NCBI GenBank assembly: GCA_024679645.1
Contig: JAIBCZ010000001.1
Coordinates: 1-57,964 of the forward strand
Reading direction: 5' to 3'
DNA: 57,964 nucleotides
From: Amphritea sp.
Lineage (GTDB): Bacteria; Pseudomonadota; Gammaproteobacteria; Pseudomonadales; Balneatricaceae
Within the stretch, counting starts at the first letter, position 1. The number at the start of each line of letters is the position of its first letter. Below are positions 50,469 to 57,964 of this stretch, in pieces. The notes beneath the pieces were generated by a model that was not told the origin of the DNA, did no database searches, and worked only from the letters and a program-made list of their open reading frames with translations. The position numbers were made by a program, and so were the translations under genes.

Positions 50469-51998
50469 ATGATCTCTACCCCTGAACGAGCAACAACGCT
50501 GCAGGCACGTAGACTGGGTATTGATACCCGTCAGGAACCTATCATCTACCTTAGAGCCGACAGCCCTGTCTGCCGTTCTGAAGGTTTTTCAGCGCTATCA
50601 CGGGTACTGGTTCACACTGAACACAACAAAATTATCGCCACCCTGAACATTATTACCGGAGAGATGCTGCGCCGTGGTCAGATTGGTTTTTCTGAATCTG
50701 CCTGGCTCAGACTACACCTCAATACCGATGATAACGTCTGGCTTTCACACCCAAGACCCGTTCAGTCACTCTCCCATGTACGTGCTAAAGTTTACGGTCA
50801 CTCACTGAATAAAGGTCAGTTTCAGGAGATCATCAACGACATCGTCGACGGGCGTTACGCCGATGTTCATATCGCCGCCTTTATTACCGCCTGTGGTGAT
50901 GACAAGCTAGACGACACTGAGATTACCGCACTGACCCAAGCGATGATCGACTCCGGTAGTCGCATTGACTGGGAACAACCTCTGGTAATCGACAAGCACT
51001 GTGTCGGCGGTCTGCCCGGCAACCGAACCACGCCTATCGTTGTCTCTATTCTCGCCGCCAGCGGTCTGACGATGCCAAAAACCTCTTCCCGAGCGATAAC
51101 CTCCCCCGCCGGCACGGCTGACACCATGGAAACCATGACCGATGTCAGCCTGACACTGGAGCAGATGAAACAAGTCGTTAAACAGGAAGGCGCATGTCTC
51201 GCCTGGGGTGGCTCTGTACGCCTAAGCCCCTCAGACGATATTCTTATACAGGTTGAACGAGCACTGGATATTGATAGCGAAGGCCAACTGATCGCCTCCG
51301 TGCTCTCAAAGAAAATCGCCGCTGGTGCCACCCATGTATTGATCGATATACCGGTAGGCCCCACAGCAAAAGTACGTTCCCAAGAAGCCGCCGACAAGCT
51401 GGCTCACTCTTTTATGACCGTAGGTGAACGGCTCGGCATTAAGATTCAGATTCTTTATACCGATGGTAGCCAGCCGGTCGGCAACGGTATCGGGCCCACT
51501 CTGGAAGCCAAAGACGTGATGGCGGTATTACAAAACGACACCGATGCTCCACAGGACCTGAAACAGAGAGCCCTCACCATGGCCGGTGCCATGCTGGAAA
51601 TGTCGGGTACAGCAGCACCCGGATCTGGCTTAGAAAAAGCTACAACCATCATGGAGACGGGGCTGGCCTGGGAAAAATTCGCATCGATCTGTAACGCTCA
51701 GGGCGGCATGAAACAGCCCGGCGAAGCATCTTACCTGTTTAAACTCATGACCGAAAAAACCGGTCGTGTTAAGTCGATCGACAACCGACTTCTGGCCCAG
51801 GTAGCGAAACTGGCGGGCGCGCCGATTGACCTTACTGCCGGCGTCGAAATTCATGCCAAGCTTGGCCAGCTGGTTCACCCTCAAGACCCGTTACTAACTA
51901 TTCACGCTGAAAGCTCTGGCGAGCTCAACTATGCGGTCGACTTTCTCGAAAGCCACCCGGATATCATCTGCCTGACCACCGAGGAATCTGACACATGA
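50469..51998 (+). CDS. Thymidine phosphorylase family protein, long AMP-phosphorylase-like type
   Basis: Extra N-terminal domain (CRSEGF), DKHCVGGLPGNRTT, KTSSRAITSPAGTAD, SVLSKKIAAG. Confidence 0.88.
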   Translation: MISTPERATTLQARRLGIDTRQEPIIYLRADSPVCRSEGFSALSRVLVHTEHNKIIATLNIITGEMLRRGQIGFSESAWLRLHLNTDDNVWLSHPRPVQSLSHVRAKVYGHSLNKGQFQEIINDIVDGRYADVHIAAFITACGDDKLDDTEITALTQAMIDSGSRIDWEQPLVIDKHCVGGLPGNRTTPIVVSILAASGLTMPKTSSRAITSPAGTADTMETMTDVSLTLEQMKQVVKQEGACLAWGGSVRLSPSDDILIQVERALDIDSEGQLIASVLSKKIAAGATHVLIDIPVGPTAKVRSQEAADKLAHSFMTVGERLGIKIQILYTDGSQPVGNGIGPTLEAKDVMAVLQNDTDAPQDLKQRALTMAGAMLEMSGTAAPGSGLEKATTIMETGLAWEKFASICNAQGGMKQPGEASYLFKLMTEKTGRVKSIDNRLLAQVAKLAGAPIDLTAGVEIHAKLGQLVHPQDPLLTIHAESSGELNYAVDFLESHPDIICLTTEESDT

Positions 51999-52876
51999 AA
52001 ACCATCCTGATCAACCTGGAATCTGATCCTGTGCTGGAAGCTCAGCTGTGTGATGAACTCGACGCACACAGAGGCGAACTGGAATTGCGCCGTTTTCCAG
52101 ACCAGGAGACTTACCTTCGGGTTATTACCGAATGTAAAGACCGCAATGTCGTGATTCTGTGTAACCTTTATCAACCCGATAACAAGATTCTCCGGTTGCT
52201 GCTGCTCGCTACCACCCTGAGGGAGATGGGCGCGCGCAAAATCGGCCTTGTCACCCCCTATCTGGCTTATATGCGTCAGGATAAACAATTTCATGACGGC
52301 GAGTCGGTTAGTTCACGTCCTTTTGCCAAACTAATTTCTGAACACCTGGATTTTTTGGTCACTGTAGACCCTCACCTGCACCGCTATAAAACCCTCGATG
52401 AGATCTACAACATTCCTTCGAAAGTCGTCCATGCCGCTCCGTTAATAGCCGACTGGATCAAAGAGCATATTAAAAACCCGTTATTAATTGGTCCCGACAG
52501 TGAAAGCGAACAGTGGGTTTCAGAAGTTGCCAAGCTGGCTGATGCCCCTTTTCAGGTTCTCAACAAAACCCGACTAGGCGACTACGACGTAGAAGTTACC
52601 TTGCCGGAGGTTGAACGCTGGCTCAACCATACACCGGTATTAGTCGATGACATTATTTCCAGTGGACGCACCATGATGGAAACTGTCATCCATCTGAAAG
52701 AAGCCGGCATGCCAAAAGCCACCTGTATCGCTGTACATGGTATCTTTGCCGGTGATGCATATAAACAGCTGGAAGCGATTGCTAATGTAGCCACCAGCCG
52801 CTGTATTGTTCACCCCAGTAGTGTGATCGAAATAGCCCCGGCCATCGCAGTAGCGACCCAAAAACTCCTGAAGTAA
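51995..52876 (+). CDS. Ribose-phosphate pyrophosphokinase-like protein (secondary Prs)
   Basis: FPDQE, PYLAYMRQDK, VDPHLH, GPD, VDDIISSGRT; ATGA overlap. Confidence 0.88.
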   Translation: MKTILINLESDPVLEAQLCDELDAHRGELELRRFPDQETYLRVITECKDRNVVILCNLYQPDNKILRLLLLATTLREMGARKIGLVTPYLAYMRQDKQFHDGESVSSRPFAKLISEHLDFLVTVDPHLHRYKTLDEIYNIPSKVVHAAPLIADWIKEHIKNPLLIGPDSESEQWVSEVAKLADAPFQVLNKTRLGDYDVEVTLPEVERWLNHTPVLVDDIISSGRTMMETVIHLKEAGMPKATCIAVHGIFAGDAYKQLEAIANVATSRCIVHPSSVIEIAPAIAVATQKLLK

Positions 52877-53478
52877 TGACCAGAACGACGCTCCCTCAGG
52901 GAAAGCTGCACCTGGATCCGCACTTTTTGAATCAGGAAAATGCGGATCGTCTTTATCAGACACTGGTGCAGCAACTCAACTGGCGCCAGGATCAGATAAA
53001 GATGTTCGGCAAGACCGTAAGCATCCCCCGCCTCCAATGCTTTCAGGGGGATCCGGGCATACGCTACCGTTACTCGGGGCTGAATCTGGAAAGCGCCCCC
53101 TGGCATCCGTTAATTAAAACGATACAGCAACAGATCGAGGTATTCAGCGGGCACCGTTTCAATTCAGTGCTGATCAACTACTATCGCCATGGCCAGGACA
53201 GTATGGGCTGGCACAGTGACGATGAGCCAGAACTCGGTAATAATCCGGTTATCGCCTCGCTGAGCCTGGGGCAGCCACGCCGCTTTCTATTACGTCACCG
53301 GTTTGATAAAACAGTTTCCCCACTGGAATACTTGCTCAATAGCGGCTCCCTGCTGATAATGTCAGGTCAGTTACAACATTACTGGCACCACAGTGTGCCC
53401 AAAACCAGTCGGCCATCCGCGGGACGAGTCAACCTCACCTTCCGATGGACCCACACCGCAGCTACAGAGATGGAATAA
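52876..53478 (+). CDS. AlkB-family 2OG-Fe(II) dioxygenase (ALKBH2/3-like)
   Basis: NSVLINYY, MGWHSDDE, HSVPK, RVNLTFR; TAATG coupling. Confidence 0.92.
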   Translation: MTRTTLPQGKLHLDPHFLNQENADRLYQTLVQQLNWRQDQIKMFGKTVSIPRLQCFQGDPGIRYRYSGLNLESAPWHPLIKTIQQQIEVFSGHRFNSVLINYYRHGQDSMGWHSDDEPELGNNPVIASLSLGQPRRFLLRHRFDKTVSPLEYLLNSGSLLIMSGQLQHYWHHSVPKTSRPSAGRVNLTFRWTHTAATEME

Positions 53479-54219
53479 TTGATGAACGCCGTTATAGACC
53501 TGCTTAACAGCCACCGTTCAATCCGTAAGTTTACCGACCAACCAATCCCTCAGGACACTATCAACACCCTGGTTCAGGCGGGTCAATCAGCGGCAACCTC
53601 AAGCTTCATCCAGGCATGCACCGTGGTTCAGGTGAATGACCAGGCGAAACGTGACCAGCTGGTTGAGTGCTCTGGCGGCCAGGCCTATGTCGGTGAGGCT
53701 CCTGTTTTCCTGGTGTTATGCGCCGATATGCAACGCAACAAGCTGGCCTGCGAGATGAATGATGCAGCGATAAACTCAGGCTTTACTGAGCAGTTTATTA
53801 CCGCCACCGTCGATGTCGGCCTGTTCGCACAGAACCTGACAATCGCCGCTGAATCCATTGGACTAGGCATTGTCTATATCGGCGGTATCCGTAATCAGAT
53901 CGCCCGGGTATCAGAACTGCTGGATCTACCTGAACTGGTCTACCCGGTATTTGGTCTCTGCCTGGGCTATCCTGACCAGAATCCGGAAGTAAAACCCCGC
54001 CTGCCAGTCGATGTTGTGCTTAAACAAGACAGCTATAACGACAGCAACGATCAGGCAACCATCGCCGAGTACGATAAGTCCGTCAGCGAATACTATCGTA
54101 CCCGCACCGGCGGCAATAAAGAGATGACCTGGAGCGAACAGATGTCCGGTATGCTGGTAAAAGAAGCACGGCCGCATATGTTGAAGTTTCTGCAGGAGAA
54201 AGGGTTCTTATTAAAATAA
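53479..54219 (+). CDS. nfsA: Oxygen-insensitive NADPH nitroreductase / flavin reductase
   Basis: HRSIRKF, ATSSFIQ, YIGGIRN, KPRLP; start 53479 (TTG) or 53482 (ATG). Confidence 0.92.
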   Translation: MMNAVIDLLNSHRSIRKFTDQPIPQDTINTLVQAGQSAATSSFIQACTVVQVNDQAKRDQLVECSGGQAYVGEAPVFLVLCADMQRNKLACEMNDAAINSGFTEQFITATVDVGLFAQNLTIAAESIGLGIVYIGGIRNQIARVSELLDLPELVYPVFGLCLGYPDQNPEVKPRLPVDVVLKQDSYNDSNDQATIAEYDKSVSEYYRTRTGGNKEMTWSEQMSGMLVKEARPHMLKFLQEKGFLLK

Positions 54220-54856
54220 CGACTCGCCTTAGCGTTAAAGCGGCCAGTGGCGTGAACGCAACTGCGCCGCTTGGCCGAAGCCCAAGGTAACAACATCGCT
54301 TTACTTACTCAAAAACCACCCTGCCCCCCCTCGCTTTAACACTCAGATACTCAAGCCGAATCATACAAAAGCTTACGCAAATCAAAAAGTTATGAAAAAT
54401 TTATATATATTTTTTTTCCCAGATTATAAAATACTTATTAACGGAGAAGAAAAACCTCTGATGCGACTACGGTAATGGATTACATATAAGAACGAAGATA
54501 ATATCCATTAGCGAGCGTTCAAGAATAATGTATTTTTATACTCATCAAAATAGCAACTTTCTCCCCCAGCTTACAGGCTTTAGCTCCCTACTGTCATTCC
54601 CGCTTAGCATACTCTGCGCGGCTTTAAATCTCCGATATCTTAAAGTCATGAAAAATGTATGTGCAGGAATATTAAGATACAACGCTACTTCAACCACCCA
54701 GAAAGTCCGTTCTTTCTGTCTATCCCGACACTGGCATATGCTGACGATCAGTTCATACGTCAGAGCTATTCGGCATTAAAAACTTACAGACAGGAAGACA
54801 CCGTAACTCTATAAAAATAAAACCGGCTCTTAATCACACTATTCTCAGGAAGCAAC

Positions 54857-55951
54857 ATGACAGCCACTCATCCAAAACTTGTCGAAATATTAGTCGATCA
54901 AACGCCAAGAGCTATGATTGCGATGCTAATAGTCTCTTCGGCTTACATTTGGATTTTTTATAGATTCGCCCCCTTTTATATTCTATTTACTTGGTTTTCA
55001 CTTCAGATACTTCTGGCTCTATATCGTTTTCATAATGCAAAGAACTTCAAAAAAAGCATAGAAAACAATGACCCTGAAAAAACCAAACAAAACGAAGTAG
55101 CATTTATATTATCTAATATTTTTCAGGCCACTATGTGGACAGCATCGTCTGTCATAGCCATTATTTATGCGCCGCAACCATTCGAACTGGTCATTTTTGT
55201 TATGGTGATAGGTATCATAACCGCTGCAGCATTATCCATGTCATCGCTCTATAAAGCGTACTTAGTCTTTTTCTTCTTAATGATCACTCCGCAAGTCATA
55301 GTCCTCATCTACTATGGCGATCACCAGCATATCTCCCTGGTCGTCCTTACCATAATTTATATACCTGCCACCATTTTGCTGTCAAAAGCGATTTATAATA
55401 GCCGGTTATCAAACATCGAAGCTCATTACGACTTAGAAAGCAGCATAGATGAATTACACAGATTATCGACTATTGATAATTTGACCAATATATATAACAG
55501 ACGTTATTTCTTTAAAGTTTCAGAAGCCGCCATCGAAACCGCTTTGGCTGAGAAACATGACGTATCACTCCTAATGATTGATATCGACTATTTTAAAAAA
55601 ATTAATGATAACTACGGCCACCTCACTGGTGACTTTATATTAACCAATCTCGTAAAAGAGATTCAGAAATCAATGCGCTCAAGCGATATTTTTGCAAGAA
55701 TTGGCGGTGAAGAATTTACAATATTACTCAACAACACATCCATTTATAGCGCAGAAAACATTGCTGATAAAATCAGAAAAATTATCGAAAACAAGACTTT
55801 CTATTATAACAACGACCAAATTAATGTAACGATTAGCATCGGATTATCAGCACTGAATTCTGAAAACAGATCCATAGAAGATTTATATCAACGCGCAGAC
55901 AAGCAGCTATACATCGCAAAAATAAATGGACGAAACAGGGTTTCATCATAA
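54857..55951 (+). CDS. Membrane-bound diguanylate cyclase
   Basis: About six N-terminal TM helices; DIDYFK, RSSD I-site, GGEEF; visibly AT-rich. Confidence 0.92.
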   Translation: MTATHPKLVEILVDQTPRAMIAMLIVSSAYIWIFYRFAPFYILFTWFSLQILLALYRFHNAKNFKKSIENNDPEKTKQNEVAFILSNIFQATMWTASSVIAIIYAPQPFELVIFVMVIGIITAAALSMSSLYKAYLVFFFLMITPQVIVLIYYGDHQHISLVVLTIIYIPATILLSKAIYNSRLSNIEAHYDLESSIDELHRLSTIDNLTNIYNRRYFFKVSEAAIETALAEKHDVSLLMIDIDYFKKINDNYGHLTGDFILTNLVKEIQKSMRSSDIFARIGGEEFTILLNNTSIYSAENIADKIRKIIENKTFYYNNDQINVTISIGLSALNSENRSIEDLYQRADKQLYIAKINGRNRVSS

Positions 55952-56276
55952 TTATCAGGATATCGTTCTGAAGCCCTTTATAACACCCGCTTTCGGCTAT
56001 GATGGTCGTTGCCAGGGTTAACTCAAAGATACAGCATCACAAACGCTCAGCGAAGCTGATATAAAGCCATCACTCTCAGGGAACATAGCACCACCGTTCA
56101 GCCTTACAATTGTTAGTCGACCTGAATGACCATAGGTAAGACACGATCAAGCACTGTATAACAAATCACCGGAAGGATAACGTTTAACCTGCTGTCATAC
56201 TGTTTTCACAGAATAGCTTTAAAACTATATCCAGCCCTTATATGATGCGGCAAAGTATACATTGAGACCCTTTTTC

Positions 56277-56984
56277 ATGAACAAAAGTCTACTGACAAAT
56301 CTGGTGGCGCTAATCGCAGTGATCACTGGTATTTTCGTAAATAATGACATCGTACTCACCATCGGCTTATTTGCTCTGTCAGGCGCGCTGACTAATTGGT
56401 TAGCTGTGTATATGTTATTTGAGAAAGTCCCCGGACTTTACGGCTCTGGCGTAATACCGGCGCGATTTGAAGATTTCAAACTCGGCATTAAAGCCCTGAT
56501 GATGGAGCAGTTCTTCACTAAGGAAAATATCGAACGTTTTTTGAGTGCTGAAAATGGTAAACAACCAGACTTACACCTTGCACCGGTGATTGAGAAAGTA
56601 GACTTTTCACCGACTTTTGATTCCCTGATCGATGTTATTCAGGAATCATCATTCGGCGGCATGTTAGCCATGGTCGGCGGCACTCAGGCGCTGGAGCCTA
56701 TGCGTGAACCTTTTGTGGATAAGATCAAATTCTCCATCGAACAGATGACCCGGGATGAGCACTTCATCGCCATGCTTCGCGATGAACTGGAAAGCCCCGA
56801 CGTCATGGAAGAGATGCAAACCAAAGTAGAAACCATTGTAGAACAACGGATCAGTGAACTGACTCCACAACTGGTGAAAGAGATCGTGCAACGAATGATT
56901 CGCGAGCATCTCGGTTGGCTGGTCGTCTGGGGCGGTGTTTTTGGTGGTCTGATCGGCTTCATAGCAGCGTTGCTGCGTATTTAA
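56277..56984 (+). CDS. DUF445-like membrane protein
   Basis: MNKSLLTN, SGALTNWLAVYMLFEKVPGLYGSG, HLGWLVVWGGVFGG; start moved to MNKS. Confidence 0.82.
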   Translation: MNKSLLTNLVALIAVITGIFVNNDIVLTIGLFALSGALTNWLAVYMLFEKVPGLYGSGVIPARFEDFKLGIKALMMEQFFTKENIERFLSAENGKQPDLHLAPVIEKVDFSPTFDSLIDVIQESSFGGMLAMVGGTQALEPMREPFVDKIKFSIEQMTRDEHFIAMLRDELESPDVMEEMQTKVETIVEQRISELTPQLVKEIVQRMIREHLGWLVVWGGVFGGLIGFIAALLRI

Positions 56985-57111
56985 ATTCAGATGCGAGTAG
57001 TTAGACGTCGCTACGCGACTTGTCTGACAAAGCCTTTAAACTTTAGATCTCTTGCAACACCCAGCAAAGCTGGCGCAGTTTACTGCGCCCTTCTGACAGA
57101 AGGTGCTAAGT

Positions 57112-57591
57112 TTATCTACCTGTTTCAGCGACAAACGCTACTAATTTTAACTGTAATTCATCCGCGATCTCTGCAAAGCCTTTTGCTCTCAGCAACTCGA
57201 TGACGCTTTCAGCTGTGCATAAACAGTTTGGTCGCTGATTTCGTCTTAGCTTGTATATTGATTCTGTTGATGTTTCGATTTTTACTTTAGGCAGTGCTTT
57301 TAGATACGGGCTTTTATTGTATATTTTTTGTGCTTCTTGCCAGGTACCGTCTATGACAATATAACTTTCCAAATCACATTCCGCAGAGACTATCTGGCTA
57401 TCATCGGTCGGATAAAGCAGTGCGACGGTTCCTTTTTCTATTTTTTCTATTATTCCAGGGTTTGGGCTTTTTCTTTCCCAGATAATAACACTTGCGTTTT
57501 CTCCCAGTACATCAGCAACTAAAGAACCGGTATTGGTCTTTTTAGAAACCTCCCGTTGGTGAGTTAAGAGAACTATGTTCATATGTTTCAT
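57112..57591 (-). CDS. DTW-domain protein (tRNA aminocarboxypropyltransferase-like)
   Basis: H..E..K.TNTG, LLYP, IDGTW, Y.LRR, LCTAE. Confidence 0.88.
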   Translation of the reverse strand: MKHMNIVLLTHQREVSKKTNTGSLVADVLGENASVIIWERKSPNPGIIEKIEKGTVALLYPTDDSQIVSAECDLESYIVIDGTWQEAQKIYNKSPYLKALPKVKIETSTESIYKLRRNQRPNCLCTAESVIELLRAKGFAEIADELQLKLVAFVAETGR

Positions 57592-57632
57592 GTTTTCTAA
57601 GTTAACGCCATGTCAGCAGTATATGCACTGCC

Positions 57633-57964
57633 TTATTCTATTTCTTCCCTATAAAGCTTTAATCCTCTCGCTTTATAGTTTGATAGTGCCGAAGCATGAT
57701 CTAATGAACAGGTATGTACCCATACTCTCTTAGTGTTAGGTATATCCCATGCATTCGAAATTGCTTTAGATAGTAAATAACCACCGAAACCTTTACCGAT
57801 AAAATTTGGCGCTAAGCCAAAATAAGCTATTTCTGTATCTCCTGAGTTGTTAGTACTTAATTCAAAATAACCTGCGATAGCCCCTTCATAATAAGCAACC
57901 CAAGTACGTAAACCGGGGCTTTCAACGTAAGATTCCCACTCTTCATCCGGTAGGGATAATTTAT
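57633..57964 (-). CDS. GNAT acetyltransferase, 3' part (truncated by the window edge; absent from the ORF track)
   Basis: Minus-strand translation gives IAYFGLAPNFIGKGFGGYLLSKAISNAWDIPNTKRVWVHTCSLDHASALSNYKARG...EEIE*. Confidence 0.88.
   Translation of the reverse strand, partial: KLSLPDEEWESYVESPGLRTWVAYYEGAIAGYFELSTNNSGDTEIAYFGLAPNFIGKGFGGYLLSKAISNAWDIPNTKRVWVHTCSLDHASALSNYKARGLKLYREEIE

Noticed and set aside
54528-54779. 83-aa ORF upstream of the diguanylate cyclase
   Set aside because: No clear RBS, no recognisable motif, atypical composition
54300-54856. c-di-GMP riboswitch upstream of the GGDEF gene
   Set aside because: No GEMM-like GGCAAAC...GAAA...GACGCAAAG pattern seen
56018-56150. 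Minus-strand frame containing LNGGAMF, similar to PhnB/VOC proteins
   Set aside because: Only a short motif; flanking residues do not fit and the frame is closed by stops
1047-57522. Many short alternative-frame and antisense ORFs in the track (e.g. 11901-12425, 30661-31035, 42567-43145, 50867-51397)
   Set aside because: They overlap well-supported genes and show no motifs; treated as shadow ORFs

Overview
Chromosomal window of a marine gammaproteobacterium, probably Oceanospirillaceae-like (inferred from gene content and protein style, not from a search). It is densely coding, and I found no rRNA, tRNA, CRISPR array, transposase or integrase. Left to right: FadR/LldR regulator with lldEFG; a di-heme cytochrome c peroxidase coupled to a PAS-PAS-GGDEF-EAL sensor; an Opp/Dpp-type ABC operon led by two phosphatase-family enzymes and ending in a LysR; phnW-phnX-DMT; a complete six-gene mevalonate operon running into polB; housekeeping genes (argG, motY, rnt, peroxiredoxin, grxD, argD, argF, metR, class II DAHP synthase); a DUF1538-DUF1538-PII-like-CBS operon; a lambda O/P-like replication gene pair with no prophage context; purU; an AMP-phosphorylase-like/PRPP-synthetase-like/AlkB/nfsA operon; and an AT-richer accessory tail. 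Best candidates for undescribed biology: the DUF1538/PII/CBS membrane system, the organophosphorus ABC module beside phnWX, a possible attenuator leader on the mevalonate operon, and the NMP phosphorylase operon. Family assignments come from recognising motifs by eye; no database search was run. Several starts were moved from the ORF track to better-supported positions.
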